Origin: Candidatus Omnitrophota bacterium
GTDB taxonomy: Bacteria; Omnitrophota; Gorgyraeia; Zapsychrales; JANLHA01
Direction: 5' to 3'
DNA length: 32,000 nucleotides
Assembly (NCBI GenBank): GCA_963662715.1
Contig: OY759724.1
Location: forward strand, 3,150,001 to 3,182,000
In this document: one piece after another, positions 7,395 through 16,815 of the stretch
Layout of the letters: each line of letters starts with the position of its first letter
Numbering within the stretch: position 1 is the first letter of the stretch
The notes under the pieces: generated by a model
What the model saw: only the letters and a program-made list of their open reading frames with translations
Told to the model about the DNA's origin: nothing
The model's database searches: none
Program-made: the position numbers and the translations under genes

Positions 7395-8393
7395 ATGGAT
7401 CTGATTGCCCAGGTTAAAAAAAACATTCAGGAGAAAAATCTTGTCCCTCTGGGAGGCTCTCTATTGGCGGGCGTTTCCGGCGGCAGTGATTCCATGGCGC
7501 TCCTGCATGTTCTGGGCTGTATCCGATATGAATACGGCTTGCGGGTACGCGTCGTTCATTTCAACCATCAGCTTCGCCTTGATGCCGGAAAGGACCAGAG
7601 TCTTGTTGAAAACTTCTGTCAGCAAAATCAAATTGCCTGCCAAAGTTTTCCTCTGAAGGTGAGGCGGACCAAGGATCAGAGTTCGGTCGAAGATTGCGCC
7701 AGACAATTAAGGCTAGAAAAATTTCTATCCTTAAGCAAGAAATGGGGAACCCAAACCATCGCTCTGGCCCATCATCGTGACGACTGCGCGGAAACGGTAT
7801 TAATGCGAATTTTACGGGGGACAGGACTCCAGGGGCTGCAGGGGATCCTGCCCAGGAAGAAAATCGGTTCGCTCACCCTGGTTAGACCATTTTTTAATGT
7901 TTCGAAAACAGCTGTCCTCGCGCATATAAAAAAACATAAAATTCCTTTCCGGGATGATCCGAGCAACAGATCAATGGAATTTTTCCGGAATCGAGTCCGC
8001 TTGAAACTTTTGCCCTATCTGGAAAAAAATTATCAGACGAATATCAGAGAACTTCTGTTTCAGCTTGCTTCACTCAGCGCTGAGGACTATCAATTCCTCC
8101 TGGAGTGCGCCAACGATCAGTTCAAAAAAATCCTCAGGTCAAAAACAACCCGGCGGCACATCAAATTAGATCTTCAGGCTTTCCGCGACCTGCATCCTTG
8201 CCTGCAAAAAATGGTCACCCGTCTGGCATGCGAAAGAATCCAGGGGGACTTGAACCGGTTAAGCCTGAAGCACTTTGCAGAGATTGAAGATTTGATCTGT
8301 CATCGCCCGGCCCGTTCCTGTGTTGATCTCCCCAAAGGCCTAACTGTTACCAAAACCACTGCTTACATAATCTTCCAGCAAAGAAACCCTTGA
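7395..8393 (+). CDS. tilS: tRNA(Ile)-lysidine synthase, short form
   Basis: PP-loop SGGSDSMALLHVL. HHRDDCAETVLMRILRG block. At 332 aa it is shorter than the 432-aa E. coli form. Confidence 0.88.
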   Translation: MDLIAQVKKNIQEKNLVPLGGSLLAGVSGGSDSMALLHVLGCIRYEYGLRVRVVHFNHQLRLDAGKDQSLVENFCQQNQIACQSFPLKVRRTKDQSSVEDCARQLRLEKFLSLSKKWGTQTIALAHHRDDCAETVLMRILRGTGLQGLQGILPRKKIGSLTLVRPFFNVSKTAVLAHIKKHKIPFRDDPSNRSMEFFRNRVRLKLLPYLEKNYQTNIRELLFQLASLSAEDYQFLLECANDQFKKILRSKTTRRHIKLDLQAFRDLHPCLQKMVTRLACERIQGDLNRLSLKHFAEIEDLICHRPARSCVDLPKGLTVTKTTAYIIFQQRNP

Positions 8394-8459
8394 ATATCAT
8401 TTCCAATTCGCTATAATAAATAGTTATTTTAATTCAGAAATATTATATGAGGATAAATC

Positions 8460-10445
8460 ATGCAAAAATATAAACGCTCGAACTTTAAAAAACCTTCCCG
8501 AAGACTTCCCAAACGCAGCAAAAACAAACCTCCCAATAACAATATTTTTTTGCTGCTCATGCTGGGTTTTGTCTTGTTGCTGCTGATGAGCCAGTCGGAA
8601 TCCGTTAATAAGTTTAACGTTCCTGATCAACTGCCCTATAGTGAATTTTTTAAAATCCTTGAAAACAACAAAGAGACAGGCCGGATACAGAAACTGGAAT
8701 TAATCGAAGGGCCGGAAAACATCGTCCGGGGTGAGTTTAAAAACGGCAATAAGTTCCGTCTGAATATTCCCAGCAAGGATGAAGGGCTTTTAGAGCTTAT
8801 CCGCACGAACATCCCGGAAGTGGAGGTCAAGCCTGCCCAGACATTCTGGAGCCAAATGTTCCTTTCCCTGCTGCCGATTTTTATCATCATCCTTTTTATC
8901 TGGTTCATTTCTTACCGCGGCAGCCAAATGGGCAATAAAATATGGTCTTTCGGGAAATCCCGTGCCAGGCTGAACACCATCAACAGTATCAATATCACGT
9001 TCAAGGATGTGGCCGGTGTTGATGAGGCCAAGGAAGAACTGCAGGAAGTTATCGAATTCCTGAAAGAACCGCGAAAATTCCAGCGCCTGGGAGGGAAAAT
9101 ACCCAAAGGGGTTTTGCTGGTAGGCCATCCCGGCACCGGGAAAACGCTATTGGCAAAAGCCGTGGCCGGAGAGGCTGAAGTCCCTTTCTTCTCCCTGAGC
9201 GGATCGGATTTTGTTGAAATGTTCGTGGGGGTCGGAGCCTCCCGGGTGAGAGATCTTTTTGACCAGGCAAGAAAAGCCTCCCTGACTTCGGGAAAAGGCG
9301 CCATTGTTTTTATTGATGAAATTGACGCGGTAGGCCGGCAGCGTTTCGCCGGCATCGGAGGGGGGAATGATGAAAGGGAGCAGACCCTGAACGCCCTTTT
9401 GGTGGAAATGGACGGATTCAACACCCAAAGCGGCGTGATCATCATCGCGGCGACAAACCGCCCTGACACACTAGATCCCGCGCTTTTGAGACCCGGACGT
9501 TTTGACCGGCAAATTGTCGTGGCTTTACCGGACATCAAAGGCCGTGAAGGCATCTTAAAAGTCCACACAAGAGATATCAAGGTCGATGAAAAAGTAAATT
9601 TTGAACGGTTAGCTCAACAAACGGTTTATTTTTCCGGAGCAGACCTGGCCAATGTTTGTAATGAAGCGGCTTTACTTGCGGCCAGAAAAAACAAGGAAAG
9701 AGTCGAAATGGACGACTTTCTCGCTGCCATTGAACGCGTCACAATGGGGCCGGAAAAAAAGAGCCGTTCGGTCTCCAAGAAAGAAAAAAAGATCACCGCT
9801 TATCACGAGGCAGGGCATGCGCTGCTATCCCTCCTGATTGACGAGGTGGATACTTTTACGAAAGTATCCATCATCCCGCGAGGCATGGCGGGAGGCTACA
9901 CTCTGACCCCGCCCAAAGAGGACCGCCATTACTTGAATAAAAAAGAATTAAAAGGACAAATGGTCGTCTTGTTGGGAGGATTGGTGGCGGAAGAAATTTG
10001 CATGCAGGACACCACAACAGGCGTTTCCAATGACTTAGAAAAAGTGACGCATATCGCCCGCGTGATGGTCTGCAAATACGGCATGAATGAGAATCTGGGC
10101 CGGCTGTCCTTCGGACACAACCAACAGCACCATTTCTTGGGGAGAGATCTTTTTGAACAAAGAGATTTCAGTGAAGAAACCTCAAAGAATATCGATCGCG
10201 AAATCCAGGCGCTCGTCGAAGAGGCTTATCAAAGGGCCCGGACTTTGCTCACGGACAACCGGGACAAATTAGACCAAATTGCCCAGAGACTTATTGAGAA
10301 GGAAGTGATTGATATTGAAGAGACCGGGGCTCTCTTAGGACTGAAAACAGGACATGAGCCTGGGGAACCGGCAGACCCGGCGACGCAAAAACAGGAACAC
10401 GAGGAAAAACCTTCGGACGTATCCCAAAACGAACAAATCCATTGA
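8460..10445 (+). CDS. ftsH: ATP-dependent zinc metalloprotease FtsH
   Basis: Two N-terminal TM helices. AAA+ Walker [19 protein letters not shown]. Walker [33 protein letters not shown]. Zn motif HEAGHAL. Confidence 0.97.
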   Translation: MQKYKRSNFKKPSRRLPKRSKNKPPNNNIFLLLMLGFVLLLLMSQSESVNKFNVPDQLPYSEFFKILENNKETGRIQKLELIEGPENIVRGEFKNGNKFRLNIPSKDEGLLELIRTNIPEVEVKPAQTFWSQMFLSLLPIFIIILFIWFISYRGSQMGNKIWSFGKSRARLNTINSINITFKDVAGVDEAKEELQEVIEFLKEPRKFQRLGGKIPKGVLLVGHPGTGKTLLAKAVAGEAEVPFFSLSGSDFVEMFVGVGASRVRDLFDQARKASLTSGKGAIVFIDEIDAVGRQRFAGIGGGNDEREQTLNALLVEMDGFNTQSGVIIIAATNRPDTLDPALLRPGRFDRQIVVALPDIKGREGILKVHTRDIKVDEKVNFERLAQQTVYFSGADLANVCNEAALLAARKNKERVEMDDFLAAIERVTMGPEKKSRSVSKKEKKITAYHEAGHALLSLLIDEVDTFTKVSIIPRGMAGGYTLTPPKEDRHYLNKKELKGQMVVLLGGLVAEEICMQDTTTGVSNDLEKVTHIARVMVCKYGMNENLGRLSFGHNQQHHFLGRDLFEQRDFSEETSKNIDREIQALVEEAYQRARTLLTDNRDKLDQIAQRLIEKEVIDIEETGALLGLKTGHEPGEPADPATQKQEHEEKPSDVSQNEQIH

Positions 10446-11347
10446 AACCTGCTTTTCAAAACACGAAAACACAGCAAAGAGAAAAATATCTTCTGCAGGC
10501 AAGAGAATGCGAGATTCATCTTGGATGTAAGACCCAGGTGATGGGCATTGTCAACGTCACGCCTGATTCATTCAGCCAGGATGGGTGCATGAAGCCCACC
10601 GGAGATTATGTCCGTTCGGCCGTGGCCCGCGCTCACCGACATATCCGACAGGGAGCTGATATTATCGATGTCGGCGGGGAATCCACGCGCCCCGGATCAA
10701 AAGCAATATCTGTGAAGGAAGAAATCAAACGTGTTGTTCCTGTTATTCAAGAACTCTGCCAAACGACGCGTATCCCTGTTTCTGTGGATACGTATAAACC
10801 TCTTGTTGCCAGACATGCCCTGGATGCCGGGGCCAGTATCGTCAACTATATCATGGGGTCCGCAGTGAACCGGACTCTGCTGAAAACAGTAAAAAAATAC
10901 CAGGCGGCCATTGTGCTCATGCACATCCGGGGGAAACCCCGGACCATGCAAAAAAGAATTCACTATAAAGACCTCATTGAAGAGATCACGGAGTCTTTGC
11001 GAAAATCCCGGGAAATTTGCTTGGAAATTGGGATCAAATCAGATAGAATCATAGTGGATCCGGGTATCGGGTTTGGCAAGACTGTTGAACACAATTTAGA
11101 AATCATCAATCGCTTGGATAAATTCCGCTCTTTAAGATGTCCGTTGCTCTTAGGGACATCGAAAAAATCTTTCATAGGCAATGTTTTAAAGAAAGATATC
11201 CCATCTGCCCGTATATGGGGAACAGCCGCGACTGTTTGCGCGGGGATCATGAAGGGCGCCCATATTGTCCGGGTCCATGATGTCAGAGAGATGGTGGATG
11301 TGGCTCGCATGACTGACGCTATTCTTAACCAAAATTCAAAATATTAA
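10442..11347 (+). CDS. folP: Dihydropteroate synthase
   Basis: MGIVNVTPDSFSQDG, DVGGESTRPG and DPGIGFGK blocks. The start is uncertain. A TTG at 10442 overlaps the ftsH TGA by 4 nt; the alternatives are the GTG/ATG codons at 10538/10541. Confidence 0.9.
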   Translation: MKPAFQNTKTQQREKYLLQARECEIHLGCKTQVMGIVNVTPDSFSQDGCMKPTGDYVRSAVARAHRHIRQGADIIDVGGESTRPGSKAISVKEEIKRVVPVIQELCQTTRIPVSVDTYKPLVARHALDAGASIVNYIMGSAVNRTLLKTVKKYQAAIVLMHIRGKPRTMQKRIHYKDLIEEITESLRKSREICLEIGIKSDRIIVDPGIGFGKTVEHNLEIINRLDKFRSLRCPLLLGTSKKSFIGNVLKKDIPSARIWGTAATVCAGIMKGAHIVRVHDVREMVDVARMTDAILNQNSKY

Positions 11348-11368
11348 TCAAATTTATTAATACTGTCA

Positions 11369-12139
11369 ATGTTTTTCTTCCTTTGGTCATTTTTAAAACC
11401 TGTCGTTGAAATCTCCATCCTTTGGATGATTTTTTACCAGACACTGGTTTTCTTTGAAGGGACACGCTCGTTTCAGGTCTTAAAAGGGCTGACTTTTTTA
11501 GTCTTCGCTTTTATGCTCTCACAAATTGCGGGACTGGACACCATCAACTGGCTGCTGACGAAATTATTCGGTATTTCGATTATCGCCCTGCTGATTATTT
11601 TTCAACAAGAACTGCGCCTCGGATTAGCCCGGTTAGGCCAACAGCATCTTTTCAATATCGCTTTAGAAGAAACAGAAGTCATGGCGATCATAGACGAGAT
11701 ATCGAACGCGGCTTATAAGCTTTCAAAGACTAAAACCGGCTGTATTATGGCCATGGAACGGGATGCGAAACTTAAAACCTATATTGAAAGCGGCATAAGT
11801 CTGGATGCCCGGATTTCTTCAGAACTGATTCAAAGCATTTTCAACCATCATTCTCCGCTGCACGACGGAGGAATTGTGATAAGACGCGATCGTATCGTTG
11901 CGGCCGCCTGCCTGTTTCCTTTGTCCGACAATCCCAGTTTCAGTAAAATCATCGGCACCCGCCACCGGGCGGCCCTGGGATTAACCGAGCAAACAGATGC
12001 TATTGTTATCATGGTTTCGGAGGAGTCCGGGGAAGTGTCCATTGCATCCGACGGCCGTTTTATCCCCGTAATCAATCGGGACAGGTTCACGCATATCTTG
12101 AAAAATCTTATCGTCGGAGCACAAAAACAGAAGAAATAA
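11369..12139 (+). CDS. cdaA: Membrane-anchored diadenylate cyclase (c-di-AMP synthase)
   Basis: Three N-terminal TM helices plus a DAC domain with HDGGIVI and GTRHRAALGLTEQTDAIVIMVSEESGEVSIA (DGA and RHR motifs). Confidence 0.92.
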   Translation: MFFFLWSFLKPVVEISILWMIFYQTLVFFEGTRSFQVLKGLTFLVFAFMLSQIAGLDTINWLLTKLFGISIIALLIIFQQELRLGLARLGQQHLFNIALEETEVMAIIDEISNAAYKLSKTKTGCIMAMERDAKLKTYIESGISLDARISSELIQSIFNHHSPLHDGGIVIRRDRIVAAACLFPLSDNPSFSKIIGTRHRAALGLTEQTDAIVIMVSEESGEVSIASDGRFIPVINRDRFTHILKNLIVGAQKQKK

Positions 12140-12159
12140 AATGCAGGGAGCCATGCCCC

Positions 12160-12306
12160 ATGAAAAAATGGTTTACACATAATATGGGCTTAAAACTGAT
12201 CGCTTTGGGACTTGCCATTATCACCTGGATTTATGTGAGCGGAGAAATTCTCAGGAATAAGAAAGCCCAGACATTCCCCCAGAAAAGCACCACGGCCACC
12301 CCTTAA
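12160..12306 (+). CDS. 48-aa ORF resembling only the N-terminal membrane anchor of CdaR/YbbR-domain proteins (mini-protein or remnant)
   Basis: MKKWFTHNMGLKLIALGLAIITWIYVSGEILRNKKAQTFPQKSTTATP. It sits where cdaR normally follows cdaA. The LKLIALGLAIITWIYV helix resembles the conserved CdaR N-terminus. No YbbR repeat coding follows, because pdxJ starts 40 nt later. Confidence 0.35.
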   Translation: MKKWFTHNMGLKLIALGLAIITWIYVSGEILRNKKAQTFPQKSTTATP

Positions 12307-12346
12307 AATCATCCTTCTAATAGCTTATTAGAGAAAGGAATATGCC

Positions 12347-13069
12347 ATGATAAAACTCGGCGTAAATATTGACCACGTAGCAACGTTACGCCAGGCCAGA
12401 CGAGAACAAGAGCCTGATCCGGTCGCCGCAGCTATCCTTTGCGAAAAAGCCGGGGCCCACAGCATCGTCTGTCATTTAAGGGAGGACCGGAGACATATTA
12501 ACGATTCCGACGTCCGCGCATTAAGAAAAAAAATCAAAACACGTTTGAACCTGGAAATGTCGATCAACAAGAACATTGTTGATATCGCCTGCCGCATAAA
12601 ACCGGACCAGTGCACACTTGTTCCCGAACGCCGCCAGGAACTCACCACAGAAGGGGGCTTGGATGTCATCCGGTATTTTAAAAGGGTTAAAGAGGCCGGG
12701 GACCGTTTACAGAAACGAGGCATCACAGTCAGCCTATTCATTGATCCGGACAAAAAACAAATTGCCCGGACCCGGGACACGGGCATATCCATGATTGAAC
12801 TGCATACGGGCCGTTATGCGGGATGTTCGTCGGCCAGGACAGCACAACATCAATTAAAGATCATAAAAGACATGACTCAGCATGCCCTGGATCTTGGGCT
12901 GACCGTTAACGCGGGACACGGGTTAAACTACTCCAATACGTCCGCAATCTCCCGGATCAAAGGGATAGAGGAGCTGAATATCGGACACGCCATCATATCC
13001 CGCGCCGTATTTGTCGGGATAAAACAGGCGGTGCAGGACATGCTGAAGATTATAGGGACTAAAAAATGA
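12347..13069 (+). CDS. pdxJ: Pyridoxine 5'-phosphate synthase
   Basis: KLGVNIDHVATLRQAR N-terminus, HLREDRRHI and NAGHGLNY blocks. Confidence 0.93.
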   Translation: MIKLGVNIDHVATLRQARREQEPDPVAAAILCEKAGAHSIVCHLREDRRHINDSDVRALRKKIKTRLNLEMSINKNIVDIACRIKPDQCTLVPERRQELTTEGGLDVIRYFKRVKEAGDRLQKRGITVSLFIDPDKKQIARTRDTGISMIELHTGRYAGCSSARTAQHQLKIIKDMTQHALDLGLTVNAGHGLNYSNTSAISRIKGIEELNIGHAIISRAVFVGIKQAVQDMLKIIGTKK

Positions 13070-13419
13070 TCGTGGGGACGGGGATCGACATTATTGAAGT
13101 GACACGTATCGAAAAAGCGCTGCAAAGATGGGGGGATCATTTCATTCATCACGTTTTCTGTGATGAAGAAATTGCGTATGCCCGTAAACATAAATTTCCG
13201 GCCCAACACTTCGCCGCCCGTTTCGCGGCTAAGGAAGCGGTATTCAAAGCCCTGGGGAGTGTCGAGCCTTCAGTCGGCTGGAAAGATTTAAAAATACTCA
13301 ATCAGGATAATGGGAAACCTTACTGTTTGATCAACAAAGAGGATTTCCGGTTTAATATCCATCTTTCAATTTCGCATTCCGAAAATTATGCGGTTGCCAA
13401 CGCCATTATTACGGCTTAA
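13066..13419 (+). CDS. acpS: Holo-[acyl-carrier-protein] synthase
   Basis: ATGA overlap with pdxJ. GTGIDIIEVTRIE, FAAKEAVFKALG and SISHSENYAVA blocks. 117 aa. Confidence 0.9.
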   Translation: MIVGTGIDIIEVTRIEKALQRWGDHFIHHVFCDEEIAYARKHKFPAQHFAARFAAKEAVFKALGSVEPSVGWKDLKILNQDNGKPYCLINKEDFRFNIHLSISHSENYAVANAIITA

Positions 13420-14242
13420 GAAAAACGTTTATAAAAATCATTTCGGACACCCCCTCGTCCTGGCGGGGTCTGCACGGATGCTGGGCGCGGCAGCCCTGTC
13501 CGGCCTCGCGGCCATGCGTTCGGGAGCCGGGCTCGTGACAATCGGAGTCCCGAAAAGTCTTAACAGCACCCTGCAAAAAAAGATCTCGCCCGTCATTATG
13601 ACATTACCGCTGGCGGAGACACCGGAAAAAACCCTCTCCAGCCGGGCCTGGAGGCCTGTGGCAAACGAACAGCATCGCTATAATGTACTGGCGGTCGGAC
13701 CGGGCTTGGGGAGCCACCCCAGCACAAAGAATCTCATAATGAAAATTGTGACAACGGCTGACCTGCCGCTGGTGATAGACGCCGATGCGCTCAACGCCCT
13801 CTCCGGACATTTAAACTGTTTAAAGGAAACGCCGGGGACAAAGATTTTAACGCCTCATCCCGGAGAAATGGCCCGGTTACTGCAGATCCCCAAAGAGACC
13901 GTTGAAGCCAACAGGAAAGACATCGCCCGAGACTTTTCCCGTAAATATAAATGCGTTCTTCTGCTTAAGGGGGCGCGCACGGTCATAGCCTCTTTCGACG
14001 GGGAGTATGCCGTGAATTCCACCGGGAACCCCGGTATGGCCACCGCCGGGAGCGGAGACGTGCTGACAGGCATGATCAGTGCTTTTTTAGGACAGGGATT
14101 ATCAGCTTATGAAGCGGCAAAATGGGGCGCTTACATCCACGGGCGGGCCGGGGACATAGCCGTCAGCCATAAAACCCGCTTATCTCTTATCGCCAGTGAC
14201 CTTATTGATTTTATCCCCCAGGCTATCCAATCCTTGACGTAA
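13388..14242 (+). CDS. nnrD: ADP-dependent NAD(P)H-hydrate dehydratase (YjeF C-terminal domain only)
   Basis: YKNHFGHPLVLAGS, GPGLG, TPHPGEMARL and GNPGMATAGSGDVLTG blocks. No YjeF_N epimerase domain is fused. It overlaps the acpS 3' end by 32 nt. Confidence 0.85.
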   Translation: MRLPTPLLRLKKNVYKNHFGHPLVLAGSARMLGAAALSGLAAMRSGAGLVTIGVPKSLNSTLQKKISPVIMTLPLAETPEKTLSSRAWRPVANEQHRYNVLAVGPGLGSHPSTKNLIMKIVTTADLPLVIDADALNALSGHLNCLKETPGTKILTPHPGEMARLLQIPKETVEANRKDIARDFSRKYKCVLLLKGARTVIASFDGEYAVNSTGNPGMATAGSGDVLTGMISAFLGQGLSAYEAAKWGAYIHGRAGDIAVSHKTRLSLIASDLIDFIPQAIQSLT

Positions 14243-14318
14243 TCCAAACATAATATCCTTGAACTTCCTGCCATAGGAAACAAATCATCCGGCATAAAAC
14301 CCCCGAACCCGGCACTTC

Positions 14319-15002
14319 ATGATATTATCTCCCCGGCTTGACAAAGCGCGTAATATCATGCAAAATACCGTTATGGAAGAAAATGCTCGTAACCCATTAA
14401 CCCCTCCCATATTAGGAGAAAAGGTCCTTCTGCACTCCTGTTGTGCGCCTTGCTCGGGGGAAATCATGGAAGCGATTCATTTTTCCAAAATTCCCCTGGC
14501 TATTCTGTTCTACAATCCCAACATCTATCCCAGAAGTGAATATGATTTACGGAAAAAAGATGTTATGGCTTTCGCCGCCAAACTAGACATTCCATTCATT
14601 GACCTTGATTATGACAATGAATTGTGGGGCCAGAAAACCCGGGGATTGGAAATGGAACCGGAACGGGGAAGGAGATGCGAACTCTGTTTCAATATCAGAT
14701 TACGAAAAACAGCAGAATACGCCTTTCAGAACGGGTTTAAAATCTTTGCGACAAGCCTGGGGATTTCCCGATGGAAAAATCTTGCCCAGGTGAACACATG
14801 CGGATTAAGCGTGGCGGCTTTGTATCCCGGGTTAACGTTCTGGAACTATAATTGGCGGAAACAGGGAGGAAGTAACCGTAAGGACAAAATTGCCAAACGG
14901 GAGAATTTCTACCGGCAAAACTACTGCGGCTGTTATTTTTCCCTTGAACAAACGGTAATAAACTCCCAAAGCCGTCTCAAGATGAACGGTGTAAAAATTT
15001 GA
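14319..15002 (+). CDS. queH: Epoxyqueuosine reductase QueH (DUF208)
   Basis: LLHSCCAPCS motif plus the downstream Cys clusters RCELCF and NYCGCYFS. The start is uncertain; in-frame ATGs occur at 14319, 14358 and 14373. Confidence 0.85.
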   Translation: MILSPRLDKARNIMQNTVMEENARNPLTPPILGEKVLLHSCCAPCSGEIMEAIHFSKIPLAILFYNPNIYPRSEYDLRKKDVMAFAAKLDIPFIDLDYDNELWGQKTRGLEMEPERGRRCELCFNIRLRKTAEYAFQNGFKIFATSLGISRWKNLAQVNTCGLSVAALYPGLTFWNYNWRKQGGSNRKDKIAKRENFYRQNYCGCYFSLEQTVINSQSRLKMNGVKI

Positions 15003-15070
15003 TCTGAATGGCATGCCCTTCGCGGGAATTCTTATATCAGATTTCCCAAATAACTGAAAAACAAATTTTA

Positions 15071-15098
15071 TTGATTAAATTTTGAAGTTCAATATAAT
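15071..15098 (+). promoter_or_regulatory. Candidate sigma70-type promoter for the rml/glycosylation operon
   Basis: TTGATT (15071-15076), a 16-nt spacer, then TATAAT (15093-15098). It lies inside a very AT-rich 132-nt intergenic region. Confidence 0.45.
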
Positions 15099-15134
15099 TA
15101 TTTTATTAATATTTTTACTAGTACTTATCAGAAA

Positions 15135-15998
15135 ATGAAAGGAATCATCTTAGCTGGCGGTAACGGGACGCGCCTTTATCCTTTAACCAAGGGTGTCTGC
15201 AAGCAACTCCTTCCGGTTTATGACAAACCGCTCATTTATTATCCTTTATCCGTTCTCATGCTGGGAGGGATCAGGGAAATTCTCGTCATTTCCACGCCGA
15301 AAAACATCCCGCGATTACGGGACCTATTCGGGAATGGAAAACATCTGGGCCTGGACATCTCCTATGAAATTCAAAAATCGCCGAAGGGAATTGCCGAAGC
15401 CCTTATTATCGGAGAGAGTTTTATCAACAAAAAGCCTGTCGCCCTGATCTTGGGCGATAACATCTTTTACGGCCATGAGCTCGGCAAACTCGTAACCCAG
15501 GCCAGGAAATTCAAGGAAGGGGCCACGATCTTCGGATATTACGTAAAAAACCCCTGCCAATACGGGGTCATGCAATTTGATAAAAAAAAGAAAGTTTTAG
15601 CTATTGAGGAAAAGCCCGCTGTCCCAAAATCGAACTGGGCTGTTACAGGACTGTACTTTTATGACCGCCAGGCTGTCCGGATCGCTAAATCCATCCGTCC
15701 TTCCGCCAGGGGCGAACTGGAAATCACCGATGTCAATAACCGGTATATCGAGAAAGGTCTTATGCGGGTCGAACTTTTGGGCCGGGGATATGCCTGGCTG
15801 GACACCGGGGATCCGAATGCCCTCATTGATGCTTCGATCTTCATCAAAACCATCGAAGAACGGCAGGGACTTAAAGTCGGATGTATTGAAGAAATCGCTT
15901 ACCGGCAGGGATATGTCACAAAAGAACAAATTCTCCAAATGACAAAAAAGACAAAAACAACCTACGGGCAATACTTAAGAAACTTGGTCCATGAATAA
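15135..15998 (+). CDS. rmlA: Glucose-1-phosphate thymidylyltransferase
   Basis: MKGIILAGGNGTRLYPLTKGVCKQLLPVYDKPLIYYPLSVLMLGGIREILVISTP is the classic RmlA N-terminus. The LGDNIF and ITDVNN blocks are present. Confidence 0.95.
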   Translation: MKGIILAGGNGTRLYPLTKGVCKQLLPVYDKPLIYYPLSVLMLGGIREILVISTPKNIPRLRDLFGNGKHLGLDISYEIQKSPKGIAEALIIGESFINKKPVALILGDNIFYGHELGKLVTQARKFKEGATIFGYYVKNPCQYGVMQFDKKKKVLAIEEKPAVPKSNWAVTGLYFYDRQAVRIAKSIRPSARGELEITDVNNRYIEKGLMRVELLGRGYAWLDTGDPNALIDASIFIKTIEERQGLKVGCIEEIAYRQGYVTKEQILQMTKKTKTTYGQYLRNLVHE

Positions 15999-16815
15999 CG
16001 ACATGCTCATAATCGGGAAAGGCTACATCGGACAAAGGCTCCACGAAGCCGTCGGGGGCCGGATTTCACGGAAAAAAATCCACTCATTCAAAGATGCCGT
16101 TCAGCTCGTCAAAAGATACAAACCCAAGACCCTGGTAAACTGTGTCGGCTACACCGGACGGCGAAACGTTGACGATTGCGAGGTCGATCCGGATAAAACC
16201 ATCCAGGCCAATACGTTCGTGCCTATACTATTAGCTGAAGCCTGTATACGCCATAACATCAAATATATTCACATCAGCAGCGGCTGCATCTATCATTATG
16301 ACTACAAACACTCCCGGCCGATCCCGGAGGAACAGATCCCGGAGTTCTTTGAATTATATTACAGCAGAACAAAAATTTACGCAGAACATGTTTTAAAGGC
16401 TTTGGCCCAGAAATATCCCGTTCTTATTCTTCGAATCCGTCTGCCTTTAGATACCCGGCCTCACCCTAAAAATATCCTGACAAGACTTGTCAAATATAAA
16501 ACCGTTATTGACCTGCCCAATTCCGTGACATATTTACCCGATTTTTTTAAAGCTTTTAAACACCTGTTAAAAATCCAGGCCCGGGGGATTTACCATATCG
16601 TCAATAAGGGCGCGTTGCGTTATCCCGAACTCATGGAGGTTTACGCAAAGCATGTTCCTGATTTTCGATTTGAGACCATTAAATATTCTGCACATAAACT
16701 TAAGAGAACAAATCTTATTTTATCGACAAAAAAACTTGAAGACACTCATTTCAAAGTCCGATCAACTCAAGAGGTTCTGGAAGAATGCGTCACAAATTAC
16801 CTAAACTGCTCGTAA
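15991..16815 (+). CDS. NRS/ER-type SDR: putative bifunctional NDP-4-keto-6-deoxyglucose 3,5-epimerase/4-reductase (rhamnose synthase)
   Basis: Rossmann motif IIGKGYIG and catalytic YSRTK. Several blocks match my recollection of Arabidopsis NRS/ER better than bacterial RmlD: GYTGRRNVDDCE, SSGCIYHYD, LRIRLPLD..PKNILTRLVKYKTVIDLPNSVTYL and GIYHIVNKGALRYPELMEVY. It overlaps rmlA by 8 nt and rmlB by 31 nt. Confidence 0.7.
   Translation: MNNDMLIIGKGYIGQRLHEAVGGRISRKKIHSFKDAVQLVKRYKPKTLVNCVGYTGRRNVDDCEVDPDKTIQANTFVPILLAEACIRHNIKYIHISSGCIYHYDYKHSRPIPEEQIPEFFELYYSRTKIYAEHVLKALAQKYPVLILRIRLPLDTRPHPKNILTRLVKYKTVIDLPNSVTYLPDFFKAFKHLLKIQARGIYHIVNKGALRYPELMEVYAKHVPDFRFETIKYSAHKLKRTNLILSTKKLEDTHFKVRSTQEVLEECVTNYLNCS

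Noticed and set aside
6340-7395. The tRNA gene as an integration site, with the Cys-rich protein, nuclease and micro-ORF as a small inserted islet.
   Set aside because: I could find no integrase and no direct repeat of the tRNA 3' end (CTCCCTCGCTACCA or shorter parts) downstream, up to tilS.
8912-9580. 222-aa minus-strand ORF, plus the other minus-strand ORFs between 8636 and 9428, inside ftsH.
   Set aside because: They are antisense to the unmistakable FtsH AAA+ module. The translations are Ser/Pro/Arg-rich, as is typical of shadow ORFs.
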